Assembly (NCBI GenBank): GCA_045613445.1
Contig: JAZLAZ010000027.1
Coordinates: 674-64,673, forward strand
Direction: 5' to 3'
Length of the DNA stretch: 64,000 nt
Source: Candidatus Enterousia sp.
Lineage (GTDB): Bacteria; Pseudomonadota; Alphaproteobacteria; Rs-D84
Shown here: positions 28,651 through 38,037 of the stretch, piece after piece
How the letters are laid out: each line of letters starts with the position of its first letter
Numbering within the stretch: position 1 is the first letter of the stretch
Notes under the pieces: generated by a model
Told to the model about the DNA's origin: nothing
Databases searched by the model: none
Seen by the model: only the letters and a program-made list of their open reading frames with translations
Position numbers and translations under genes: made by a program

Positions 28651-29310
28651 TTACAACAACTTATCTTCTTCGTTTTCGCGACCAACATATGCTTTCAAAT
28701 CATTGTACATTTGACGCAAATCAGCAGGCTGGCTGTACATCGAATCCGCACCTTTGACCCGAATTGTTTCCAAATCGATTTGCGCCTGTTTTTTCAAAAT
28801 CTGTGTTAAATGCGATCCAAACGCGCGTGCATCATCAGATTCTGATGCGCCTTGCAACAACAATCCACGATTTGGTCGTGGCGATAAAAATGCAAAATCT
28901 GAAACCGACGCATCAGGCGACACCAGTGCAAAACCAGAAATTTCAGGTCGACGCATCATTGCCTGCAACACATACCACGCGCCTAATTGATGACCTGCCA
29001 ACCAAATTTTATCACTATCTTCATTATGGTTTTGAATCCAATCGATAACAGTTGCGATATCCAGCATATTTTCTGATGTTGTACCAATCACACCTTCGGA
29101 ATCGCCGACACCACGATAATTAAATCTGACCACAGAAAAACCGATATCCATAAACGCACGAAACATCGCATACGATACACGATCATTCATATGATATTTT
29201 TGTCGTGGATTACCTGACAGAACAACAGCCAACGGTGCAGCCTCGTTTGCAGACTTATGATACACAGCATGTAATTTACCAGTTTCTCCTGAAATAATGA
29301 TATCAACCAT
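28651..29310 (-). CDS. Alpha/beta-hydrolase-fold protein (COG2945-like) whose nucleophile elbow reads G-H-Q-L-G, not G-x-S-x-G
   Basis: [11 protein letters not shown] motif typical of small alpha/beta hydrolases. The elbow is AGHQLGA (codon CAA checked on the reverse strand). It occupies the position normally held by ruvA. Confidence 0.65.
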   Translation of the reverse strand: MVDIIISGETGKLHAVYHKSANEAAPLAVVLSGNPRQKYHMNDRVSYAMFRAFMDIGFSVVRFNYRGVGDSEGVIGTTSENMLDIATVIDWIQNHNEDSDKIWLAGHQLGAWYVLQAMMRRPEISGFALVSPDASVSDFAFLSPRPNRGLLLQGASESDDARAFGSHLTQILKKQAQIDLETIRVKGADSMYSQPADLRQMYNDLKAYVGRENEEDKLL

Positions 29311-29391
29311 ACCTTTATACCTTTCTTTATATTTAATTCACAGATAACTTAGAACAAAGCGAACACAAATTTCAATAAAAATATTTTTGTT

Positions 29392-29421
29392 TTGACACAA
29401 ATATCTAAAATGTTCTAAGAT
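29392..29421 (+). promoter_or_regulatory. Putative sigma70 promoter (TTGACA, 18-nt spacer, TAAGAT) with a 9-bp inverted repeat CTTAGAACA...TGTTCTAAG; one arm overlaps the -10
   Basis: Perfect -35 hexamer at 29392-29397. Repeat arms at 29348-29356 and 29411-29419. Sits upstream of the secreted-protein / response-regulator / kinase operon. Confidence 0.4.
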
Positions 29422-29448
29422 TTACCTGAGAGAACAAAAGGTCATATC

Positions 29449-30366
29449 ATGATGAAACTGTTTTTGACATCGGTTTTTGCAGTAATTTGCGGTTTTTCCG
29501 CCTATGCTCAGGATGAATTTATGTATCAAGATTTTCAGACAATCTATACAGAAACACCTGTGCAATCATATTATGCATATCCAGACGATCCAAACTTTAT
29601 TCCAGAAACAGAATTTATGGAACGCGCAGACAGCTTAAATTACGACCAAAACATAATTGATGCACGCAATGCAGAATCTGTAGCACACCCTGGTGTGATG
29701 TTTGCAGATCGTCCGATGGTAATTTGCAGAAACTTTGGTTGCACTCGTCTGAACGACCGTATTACCCGTTCATTTTTATTCAACAGTTTGGCCAACATGT
29801 TCATGATGAACGCCCATTCTCGCGTTTATATTTGCGAAGCAGACCCATTTTCCCGCGACTGTCTGCAATCTGGTATTTCATTTCCTGTCCGCAGCGGTAT
29901 TGCAAATGCAATGCTCAAAATTCCAAAGGCGACAATATCACAAGTCAGCGTTTCTACTGGTTTATCCAAGGCAACTGTTGGTATGACATATGAATTTTTG
30001 GTAAATGGTATTGATCGCAAATGCGAACCAACTGTGATGGACATTATGGTTCCTGTAAATTCCGAAGCAGTATTATCAAATCGTGAATTTGCATGTAACA
30101 TGACCAGCGACGGCATCAGCAGTGTATCATTGATTGTCAGCTTGGATTACATTGATTTAGATTATGGTATTCTGGGTGGTTATTATTCACTGGGAATGCA
30201 GGGACCAACCACAGGTGGTGGCACAGGATATGCACTGTTCAAGACAGAATTTACAACTGGTGGAATGCAATTCCGTGCATCTACATATAACACAGACAGC
30301 ATACCGGCCAACGGCGCGCGCACAATTCAGCCTGGCGAATACGCTGTTGAACCAATGAAAAGATGA
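29449..30366 (+). CDS. Secreted hypothetical protein, 305 aa, first gene of a three-gene two-component operon
   Basis: Signal peptide MMKLFLTSVFAVICGFSAYA. Its stop overlaps the response-regulator start (ATGA). Confidence 0.7.
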   Translation: MMKLFLTSVFAVICGFSAYAQDEFMYQDFQTIYTETPVQSYYAYPDDPNFIPETEFMERADSLNYDQNIIDARNAESVAHPGVMFADRPMVICRNFGCTRLNDRITRSFLFNSLANMFMMNAHSRVYICEADPFSRDCLQSGISFPVRSGIANAMLKIPKATISQVSVSTGLSKATVGMTYEFLVNGIDRKCEPTVMDIMVPVNSEAVLSNREFACNMTSDGISSVSLIVSLDYIDLDYGILGGYYSLGMQGPTTGGGTGYALFKTEFTTGGMQFRASTYNTDSIPANGARTIQPGEYAVEPMKR

Positions 30367-31022
30367 ACAAAACCATACTTGTTATAGACGACGACGATAT
30401 TTTACGCAACACTTTATCCAAGGGTTTGCGTCAAGACGGCTTTAATGTTGTCGCGGCCAAATCAGCTGAAATTGCGGACGAAATTTTATCCAGAATACGT
30501 GTTGATGCAATTGTACTGGATCGTATGATGGCCGGCATGGACGGTTTAACTTTTTTGAAAAAGATACGCACATGTGGCAATAAAACACCTGTAATTATGC
30601 TGACAGCGATGACAGGTCCAGATAACACAATTGATGGTTTGTCCCATGGTGCAAACGATTATCTGGCAAAACCTTTTCAAATGCGTGAACTGGTACTGCG
30701 CTTGAACAACATAATATCACAAGTTACTGCAACACCATCAAATATGCCAAATGGATTAAATTTTACAGATAACGAATTCTTTATAACCAACCCAGCAAAC
30801 AACACATCACATATACTGGCGTTGTCTGGCGAAGAAAAGAAACTGTTACAAAATTTGACCAACCCCACAGGCAATATTGTGCCCGCATCTGCGATGGTCG
30901 CAAAACGCTTGCGAAGTAAATTAAATTTAGTATTATCAAACCTAGATATAATAACTGTTCGTGGTCGTGGTTATAAATTATTAGACACAACAACGAACAC
31001 AACCAACAAGGACACAATATGA
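30363..31022 (+). CDS. OmpR-family two-component response regulator (receiver domain plus winged helix)
   Basis: Receiver motifs ILVIDDDD..D..VLDRMMAGMDG..TAMT..KPF. C-terminal ..TVRGRGYKL. Confidence 0.85.
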   Translation: MNKTILVIDDDDILRNTLSKGLRQDGFNVVAAKSAEIADEILSRIRVDAIVLDRMMAGMDGLTFLKKIRTCGNKTPVIMLTAMTGPDNTIDGLSHGANDYLAKPFQMRELVLRLNNIISQVTATPSNMPNGLNFTDNEFFITNPANNTSHILALSGEEKKLLQNLTNPTGNIVPASAMVAKRLRSKLNLVLSNLDIITVRGRGYKLLDTTTNTTNKDTI

Positions 31023-32299
31023 GATTGACACCACGCAGTTTCTTATGGCGTACAATATTGATGATTTTAATTCCGCTGGTCGTTGCACAAATAATCGTTG
31101 CGAACGCATTTTTCAGCAACCATTGGTCACGTGTTCATAATACATTGGCCCGAACACTATCTGGCGAAATTGTAACTATGATGAACTTTATCGACCAAAA
31201 CAAAATCTCAGAATCCCAACAACTGGCGCGTGACATTGGCATCAATTTCAGTATAAATCAGAAATTAAATCGCCCAAAGCACAATGATAATAATGCACAT
31301 GAAACAGGCGAACTGGCATCTGAATTGTCAAAACGGTTAAAGCGTCCTGCAAACATTTACATGGACAAGGGCAAACGACTGGTATTTATTGATGTTCCAA
31401 CCAAAGATAACCAGATTGCAACATTTGGCACATCACTGTACCGCATATATTCAACCAGCACCGAAGTATTTATAATCTGGTTGTTGGGTTCTATATTGAT
31501 TGTATCAATATTGATATCTCCATTTATCATAATGCACACACGCAGCATCAGACGCATTGCACGTGCCGCCAATCGTTTCGGACGCGGGTTGGACGCACCA
31601 GGGTTTGTACCCAGTGGTTCCAAAGAAATTCGTGAAGCCGCAGCATCCATGATTACGATGAAAGAAAGACTGGACAGATACAACCGTACTCGCACAGACA
31701 TGTTAAATGCAGTCAGTCATGATTTAAAAGCACCATTGACTCGTATGCGCTTGGCCGTTGAAACCAACACTGCATCTAATGATGATTTAATCCGTGACAT
31801 TGATCGTATGACAGAAATGGTAAATGGATATCTGGCGTTTGCGCGTGGCGAAACCCCAGAAATCGAACAAGCAACAGAATTACCACCAATGCTGACACGA
31901 ATTGCACGCGACGCAGCATCAGATAAAAAGATTATTACAAACTTTCCTGACACACCCGTACAATTCTATGCCAGACCAATGGCATTAGCACGCGCATTTG
32001 GAAATATAATTGAAAATGCTGCACGATACGCAAAATCCAAGATAAAAATCACAGAAATAGACTCAACCGACAGTGTTGAAATCATTATCGAAGACGACGG
32101 CATCGGTATACCAGATGAACGCAAAAAAGACGCATTACGCCCATTTGTACGTTTGGACGACTCGCGCAGTTCTGACACTGGCGGAACAGGACTGGGGTTA
32201 TCTATTGCCCAAACAGCAATTGAAAACCATGGCGGTCAATTATTCTTAGAAAACAGCGAACTGGGCGGATTAAAAGCTAGAATAGTATTACCGATATAA
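31019..32299 (+). CDS. Sensor histidine kinase: two transmembrane segments, HAMP-like linker, HisKA and HATPase_c domains
   Basis: H-box AVSHDLKAPLTRMRL. N, G1 and G2 boxes (NIIENAARYA .. EDDGIGIP .. GGTGLGLSIA). Confidence 0.85.
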   Translation: MRLTPRSFLWRTILMILIPLVVAQIIVANAFFSNHWSRVHNTLARTLSGEIVTMMNFIDQNKISESQQLARDIGINFSINQKLNRPKHNDNNAHETGELASELSKRLKRPANIYMDKGKRLVFIDVPTKDNQIATFGTSLYRIYSTSTEVFIIWLLGSILIVSILISPFIIMHTRSIRRIARAANRFGRGLDAPGFVPSGSKEIREAAASMITMKERLDRYNRTRTDMLNAVSHDLKAPLTRMRLAVETNTASNDDLIRDIDRMTEMVNGYLAFARGETPEIEQATELPPMLTRIARDAASDKKIITNFPDTPVQFYARPMALARAFGNIIENAARYAKSKIKITEIDSTDSVEIIIEDDGIGIPDERKKDALRPFVRLDDSRSSDTGGTGLGLSIAQTAIENHGGQLFLENSELGGLKARIVLPI

Positions 32300-32317
32300 T
32301 GTAAAAGGCAAAAAAAG

Positions 32318-34024
32318 ATGAATTTATATAAATATGTATCAAACGCAATAAATGAAAAATTAGGCACAACTGTAAATTTGGAAGTACCAAGGAATCGTGA
32401 TTTTGGGGATTTTTCAACAAATGCAGCAATGGTTATGGCAAAATCTGCTGGCAAAAACCCGCGCGAACTTGCATCAGAAATTGCGCCCAAATTAAATGAA
32501 CTTGATTTTATTGCAGAAACATCTGTTGCAGGCCCTGGATTCATCAACATCAAATTAAAAGATGACTTCATTTGGTCTGCTGTAACCCAGCCACAAAACC
32601 CAAAATCAACCACAATACAAACAATTGATTTGGATTACGGCGCATACAATGTTGCAAAATCATTACACATTGGACACCTGCGCACATCTATTGTAGGAGA
32701 TACATTTAATCGAATTGCCAAATTATTAGGGCATAAAACTTTTTCATGGAATCATATTGGTGACTGGGGGAAACCAATGGCGCTGGTAATTGCATGGATT
32801 GAAAGGCTGCACCCAGAATTACCATATTTCCAAGACAATTTTGATCCAAAAACATCCGTAGATTTTGAAATTAGTCCATCTGAACTGAATACATATTATC
32901 CATCTGCCAGTACATTGGCAAAACAAGACCCTGAATTTCAAGCACATGCACAAGAAATCAAGGCAAAATTCCAAGACGGTCACGCAGGATACTTTGCGCT
33001 GTATGAAAAGTTTTTGAAAATTTCTTTGGAAATGATGAACGAAACAGTCCAGCGTCTGAATATTTTACCTTTTGATTATGATCTGGGCGAACGCAATGCC
33101 GCGCAATACTTGCCAGAAGTTGAAAAAATTCTGCGCGCTAAAAATTTAATCCAAGAAAGTGATGGCGCCGAAGTTATTATTGTAAAGAAAGAAACAGATA
33201 ACAAACCAATGCCACCTTATATGTGGACAGATTCACGTGGTGCAGACACATATGATTCCACTGACTTAGCCGCTGTATATTGCCGTAAAAAAACTGACAA
33301 TCCAGACAAGATCATATACTTTACAGACCTGCGCCAAGGCTTACATTTTGAACAACTATTTCGTGCATCAGAACTATCTGGAATATACAACTATTCAGAT
33401 TTAGAACATATCGGATATGGCACAATAAATGGCAATGATGGCAAACCTTTCAAAACGCGTGATGGCAACGCCGCAGGACTTGACGACATTATTGACGCAG
33501 TAAACGACGCAGTCAAAGCACGCGTATCTGAATCTGGTAAAACACTTGACGACGACACAATCGGTGCGATTGCATTAGCCGCCGTTAAATTCAACGATTT
33601 AATGCACGATGTTCGTTCTGATTATATATTTGACCCAACATCTGTCACCAGTTTCGAAGGCAGAACAGGGCCATACATTTTGTATACTGCGGTGCGCCTA
33701 AACAGCGTATTGAAACGCGCAACATTTGACGCATCGTCAACATATATGCCAATAACATCAGATGAACGCAATCTGCTGATTGGGATACTTGATTTTGAAC
33801 GCACTGTCTTGACTGCTTTTGAAAATCGTGCGACGGACATGATTGCAAATTATGCATATGATTTGTGTCAATTGATAAACACATTCTATCATAACTGCCC
33901 CATTTTGCGCGATGATATCCCCACAGAAGTACGGGCAGGGCGTCTATATATTGTTCACAAAGCACGCGAAACACTGACCACAACTATTGATTTAATGGGT
34001 CTAAAAATTCCGAATGAAATGTAA
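32318..34024 (+). CDS. argS: Arginine--tRNA ligase
   Basis: HIGH-type motif SLHIGHLR, class I fold and the ArgRS N-terminal domain. Confidence 0.9.
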   Translation: MNLYKYVSNAINEKLGTTVNLEVPRNRDFGDFSTNAAMVMAKSAGKNPRELASEIAPKLNELDFIAETSVAGPGFINIKLKDDFIWSAVTQPQNPKSTTIQTIDLDYGAYNVAKSLHIGHLRTSIVGDTFNRIAKLLGHKTFSWNHIGDWGKPMALVIAWIERLHPELPYFQDNFDPKTSVDFEISPSELNTYYPSASTLAKQDPEFQAHAQEIKAKFQDGHAGYFALYEKFLKISLEMMNETVQRLNILPFDYDLGERNAAQYLPEVEKILRAKNLIQESDGAEVIIVKKETDNKPMPPYMWTDSRGADTYDSTDLAAVYCRKKTDNPDKIIYFTDLRQGLHFEQLFRASELSGIYNYSDLEHIGYGTINGNDGKPFKTRDGNAAGLDDIIDAVNDAVKARVSESGKTLDDDTIGAIALAAVKFNDLMHDVRSDYIFDPTSVTSFEGRTGPYILYTAVRLNSVLKRATFDASSTYMPITSDERNLLIGILDFERTVLTAFENRATDMIANYAYDLCQLINTFYHNCPILRDDIPTEVRAGRLYIVHKARETLTTTIDLMGLKIPNEM

Positions 34025-34090
34025 TAAAGCGCCCAAACGGGCGTTTTATTATAATTATCATACGGTACAATAATACCGCATTGATTTTTC

Positions 34091-34119
34091 TTGACTTTTC
34101 TGCTGGTTTGCGTCATAAT
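34091..34119 (+). promoter_or_regulatory. Putative sigma70 promoter for rplM-rpsI (TTGACT, 17-nt spacer, CATAAT)
   Basis: Hexamers read from the sequence, 40 nt upstream of the rplM ATG. Confidence 0.45.
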
Positions 34120-34158
34120 GCCTGACGCTATAACAATAAAACAATAGGAAAAACAAAA

Positions 34159-34632
34159 ATGGCAGCGACAAAATCGTTAAAAAAGTGCGAATTAGAAGCC
34201 AAATGGTATCTGATTGACGCAACAGATTGCACGCTGGGTCGTTTGGCAGCATACACTGCAAACATCTTGCGCGGCAAACATAAACCAACATGGACACCAA
34301 ATATGGATTGTGGCGATCATGTTATCATCATCAACGCTGACAAGGTTGCATTATCTGGTCACAAGGCTGACAAAGATCGCTTCTTCTGGCACTCTTTGTG
34401 GACAGGTTCTTTGAAATCTCGCACATTGGGTCAGATGCGTGATGAAAAACCAGAAAAATTGGTTTTCAACGCAGTTAAACGCATGATGGGCCGCCGCACA
34501 GCAGTTGCATTGGCGAATCAACGTCTGACAAAATTGCATGTGTACGCAGGCAGCGAACACAAACATTCTGCACAAAACCCACAGGTTATTGATTTCGCAG
34601 GATTGAACCGTAAAAACAAAAGGGGCGAATAA
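34159..34632 (+). CDS. rplM: 50S ribosomal protein L13
   Basis: Conserved L13 N-terminus ([29 protein letters not shown]). Confidence 0.92.
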   Translation: MAATKSLKKCELEAKWYLIDATDCTLGRLAAYTANILRGKHKPTWTPNMDCGDHVIIINADKVALSGHKADKDRFFWHSLWTGSLKSRTLGQMRDEKPEKLVFNAVKRMMGRRTAVALANQRLTKLHVYAGSEHKHSAQNPQVIDFAGLNRKNKRGE

Positions 34633-35114
34633 TGGCAGAAACAAAGAAAACAGCAACAAAGACAGTTAAAAAAGCTGCCCCTGCAAAGAAAACAGCACCA
34701 AAGGCAGCAGTTGCAACACCAAAATTAAACGACGCAACATACGCAACAGGCAAACGTAAAGATTCTGTTGCACGCGTATACTTGATGCCAGGCAAAGGCA
34801 ACATCACAATCAATGGCAAAGCATCAAATGAATACTTCCGTCGCGCAGTATTACAAATGATTATTGCACAACCATTTGAAATCACAAAACGCGAATCTGC
34901 ATACGACATCGTCGCAATGGTTGAAGGTGGTGGCTTGTCTGGTCAAGCAGGCGCAGTAAAACACGGCATTTCCAAAGCATTGGAAAAAGCAGAACCAGAA
35001 TTACGCGCAGCATTGAAGTCAGCTGGCTTCTTGACACGCGACAGCCGTGTTGTTGAACGTAAACACTATGGTTACCGCAAGGCTCGTCGTTCAACTCAGT
35101 TCTCTAAACGTTAA
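34632..35114 (+). CDS. rpsI: 30S ribosomal protein S9
   Basis: Conserved C-terminus [15 protein letters not shown]. Confidence 0.92.
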   Translation: MAETKKTATKTVKKAAPAKKTAPKAAVATPKLNDATYATGKRKDSVARVYLMPGKGNITINGKASNEYFRRAVLQMIIAQPFEITKRESAYDIVAMVEGGGLSGQAGAVKHGISKALEKAEPELRAALKSAGFLTRDSRVVERKHYGYRKARRSTQFSKR

Positions 35115-35127
35115 ATCGTTTGGTTCA

Positions 35128-35160
35128 GAAAAAAATCCCCGTTTGGGGATTTTTTTATTA
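35128..35160. terminator. Bidirectional terminator hairpin of the AAAAAATCCCC..GGGGATTTTTT family
   Basis: AAAAAATCCCCGTTTGGGGATTTTTTT after rpsI. Confidence 0.65.
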
Positions 35161-35188
35161 TTGCTTTCAATCAAAAACATTGTATAAT
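35161..35188 (+). promoter_or_regulatory. Putative sigma70 promoter for tig (TTGCTT, 16-nt spacer, TATAAT)
   Basis: Hexamers read from the sequence, ~35 nt upstream of the tig ATG. Confidence 0.4.
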
Positions 35189-35222
35189 CACGGGGCAATA
35201 AAAATAATATTAGGGGAAACAT

Positions 35223-36530
35223 ATGTTCAAAAAAGAAAAAATCAAAGATTTACATTATTCGGTCAATGGCTTGATTTCTGCCGCTGATTTACAGACTGCC
35301 GCAGATGAAATATTATTAGAATACGGCAAAAAGGCTAAAATGCCAGGTTTCCGTGCCGGTAAAATTCCATTATCTATCTTGCGTCAAAAATACAATGCAT
35401 CTGCATACGGTGAAGCAATCGATAAATTGATGAATCAAGATTTGAACAACTATACCGCTGAAAAGAAAATCCGTTTGGCCGGCGCACCAAAAGCTGACTT
35501 GGCTGGTTGGGAAATCGGCAAAGATGTTGAATACTCTTTGGAATTTGATATTTTGCCAACATTGCCAGAAATTGATTTAGAAAAAATCACTGTAACAAAA
35601 AAAATTGCAGAACTGGATGAAAAAGAAGTTGATACAGCATTGGAAAACATCCGTAAAAGTCGCAGTATTGCTGAAAAACAGGACGAAAAATACCAGGCTG
35701 CAAACGGCGATGTTGCTGTAATCGATTTTACAGGCTTTATTGGCGACGACGCATTCGAAGGTGGCGCCGCAACAAAACATCATCTGATTTTGGGTTCTGG
35801 TTCGTTCATCCCAGGATTCGAAGACCAAATTATCGGTCACAAAATCAATGATGAGTTTGATGTAATTGTAAAATTCCCATCTGATTATCATGCAGAAAAC
35901 CTGGCTGGCAAAGACGCACGTTTTGCAGTCAAAATTCATGAAATCCGCAAACATATCTTGCCAGAATTAAACGATGATTTGGCAAAGCAGGTCGGTCAAG
36001 AAACAGTTGACGCATTAAAAGAACACATTCGTAAAATCATCAACGAACAATATGTCGAAGCTGCACAACGCGATATGCGCAACGAATTACTGGATATCTT
36101 GGCTGATAAAGTAAAATTAGAATTGCCAGAAACATTGGTCGAACAAGAAATGAATATGGCAAAATCTGAATTTGAACGTTCACACGCACATTGCCATGAT
36201 GCAAAATGTGAACACAAATGGGATGAAAAAGCAGAACGCAAAGAAGCAGAACGCCGTGTAAAACTGGGTTTAATCTTGGCAGAATGGGGCACCCAGAACA
36301 AGGTCGAAGTAACACGCGAAGATCTGCAACAAGCCATCTGGGCCGAAGCATCACGTTACCCAGACCCAAAACAAGTATTTGAATTCTATAACAAGAATCA
36401 GAACGCATTGGCAATGTTGCGTGGCATGTTGTTTGAACGCAAAGCACTGGATGCAATGCTGACACATGTAAAAACAAAAGAAAAGAAAGTCAACGCAGAC
36501 GACTTATTCAAACAGGCATCTGTAAAATAA
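35223..36530 (+). CDS. tig: Trigger factor
   Basis: Ribosome-binding N-domain motif GFRAGKIPL and PPIase-like central domain. 435 aa. Confidence 0.9.
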   Translation: MFKKEKIKDLHYSVNGLISAADLQTAADEILLEYGKKAKMPGFRAGKIPLSILRQKYNASAYGEAIDKLMNQDLNNYTAEKKIRLAGAPKADLAGWEIGKDVEYSLEFDILPTLPEIDLEKITVTKKIAELDEKEVDTALENIRKSRSIAEKQDEKYQAANGDVAVIDFTGFIGDDAFEGGAATKHHLILGSGSFIPGFEDQIIGHKINDEFDVIVKFPSDYHAENLAGKDARFAVKIHEIRKHILPELNDDLAKQVGQETVDALKEHIRKIINEQYVEAAQRDMRNELLDILADKVKLELPETLVEQEMNMAKSEFERSHAHCHDAKCEHKWDEKAERKEAERRVKLGLILAEWGTQNKVEVTREDLQQAIWAEASRYPDPKQVFEFYNKNQNALAMLRGMLFERKALDAMLTHVKTKEKKVNADDLFKQASVK

Positions 36531-36562
36531 CAACAAACGCACCATCTGGTGCGTTTTTTTCG
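36531..36562 (+). terminator. Intrinsic terminator after tig (ACGCACCATCTGGTGCGT plus TTTTTTT)
   Basis: Inverted repeat plus T-tract. Confidence 0.6.
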
Positions 36563-36576
36563 GAGATTTATAAATA

Positions 36577-37518
36577 ATGAAAGCATATCTTGATATCCTG
36601 AACAACTGTTTAAACAACGGAACAATGTCTGATAATCGCACAGGCATAAAAACTCTTCGTATTCCATGGGGCGCAACATTTGAACACGATATGTCAACTG
36701 GATTCCCATTGGTTACAACAAAAAAAATGGGATTAAAAAATATCGCAACAGAACTAGAATTCTTTATACACGGAATAACAGACAAAAAATGGTTGATTGA
36801 CAGAAAGTGCCACATTTGGGACGAATGGTCCAACCCAACAAAATGGCAACAAAAATACGAACAAGCCATCAAAACCAACCCAAACTTGTCTGACGCAGAA
36901 AAAACAGAGATAAAAAATCAACTTATGTCATCTGAACGCGATTTAGGCCCAATATACGGATGGCAATGGCGCCACTTTGGCGGAAAATACCAATGGAATC
37001 CAGAAAACACACATGATAATTACGACATCAAGCAACCTGGTATCGACCAACTGGCAAATGCAATAAACACAATAAAGAAAGATCCAAACAACCGTCGCAT
37101 CATTGTAAACGCATGGAATCCAGTTGACCAACATCAAATGGCATTACCGCCATGTCACATTATGCATCAGGTTCTGGTACACAATAATAAACTGAATTTG
37201 ATTTGGACCCAGCGTTCATGCGATATGTTTCTGGGTATTCCGTATAACATTGCATCATATGCACTGTTATTGATGTTATACGCCAAAGAAGCAGGGCTGC
37301 AACCGGGTATATTGCGTGGCGAACTGCACGATGTTCACATTTACGAAAATCATATCGATCAAGCACACAAACAAATCGCACGCACACCATATAAATTACC
37401 AACTGTTGAAATACCGAACGAAAATTGGAAAGGCATGCTGAATTGGCATGCCCACGATGGTTTTCAATTAAACGATTACATCTGTCACGAACGCTTGCGC
37501 GGTGATGTTGCCCGATAA
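36577..37518 (+). CDS. thyA: Thymidylate synthase ThyA, long form with a ~45-aa insertion
   Basis: Motifs TGFPLVTTKK, GPIYGWQWRHFG and the catalytic-Cys region ALPPCHIMHQ. Extra segment between ..WDEW.. and ..DLGPIYG... Confidence 0.9.
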   Translation: MKAYLDILNNCLNNGTMSDNRTGIKTLRIPWGATFEHDMSTGFPLVTTKKMGLKNIATELEFFIHGITDKKWLIDRKCHIWDEWSNPTKWQQKYEQAIKTNPNLSDAEKTEIKNQLMSSERDLGPIYGWQWRHFGGKYQWNPENTHDNYDIKQPGIDQLANAINTIKKDPNNRRIIVNAWNPVDQHQMALPPCHIMHQVLVHNNKLNLIWTQRSCDMFLGIPYNIASYALLLMLYAKEAGLQPGILRGELHDVHIYENHIDQAHKQIARTPYKLPTVEIPNENWKGMLNWHAHDGFQLNDYICHERLRGDVAR

Positions 37519-37548
37519 AAAAATCCCCCAAAAACTGGGGCTTTTTTG
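37517..37548. terminator. Terminator hairpin after thyA (AAAAAAATCCCCCAAAAACTGGGGCTTTTTTG)
   Basis: Member of the same hairpin family. Confidence 0.55.
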
Positions 37549-37599
37549 TGGACATCTGCTGTTTTTATTATACAATCACAAAAAATCAAAGGTAAAGAT

Positions 37600-37935
37600 A
37601 TGTCAATGGAACACGAATTTTGCGACGGATGCAACCAACATTGTAAACTGGGGGCCGTTATTACAGCAAACGCCAATTGGATAATAACCACCAAACCAAC
37701 CATAAACAATAAAATTTTATTCGGTTATTATGACGAAAAAGATAATTTCAAATTGATAAAAGGCAACCAGGCAGTGGTCAGACAAGAAAAAGACAATAAC
37801 AATGTAGAAACAGCCTTGAACAAATCAAAAAAAGAAGCAATCAAATACGCCCAAATATGCGCAAAACAATACTTAGATTACACCAAACGGGCAATATTTC
37901 TAAATGAAGTAGTAGCGTTACAGCTACACAAATAA
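37600..37935 (+). CDS. Hypothetical protein, 111 aa, with an N-terminal CxxC..C cluster (CDGCNQHC)
   Basis: ATG at 37600 with an AAAGGTAAAG RBS. The longer GTG start at 37546 lies inside the upstream terminator. Confidence 0.5.
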   Translation: MSMEHEFCDGCNQHCKLGAVITANANWIITTKPTINNKILFGYYDEKDNFKLIKGNQAVVRQEKDNNNVETALNKSKKEAIKYAQICAKQYLDYTKRAIFLNEVVALQLHK

Positions 37936-37957
37936 ATCAAAATTATGCAAATAAAAA

Positions 37958-38010
37958 GAAATCGGAAATCGTAGTGAACAGACGCTACATAAGATTTCCG
38001 ATTTATTTTT
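37958..38010. terminator. Large bidirectional terminator: 12-bp perfect stem AAATCGGAAATC/GATTTCCGATTT, 22-nt loop, T-runs on both strands
   Basis: Sits between convergent genes (37600..37935 plus-strand and 38038..40155 minus-strand). Confidence 0.65.
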
Positions 38011-38037
38011 AGATAAATTACTATAATTTATTTACCC

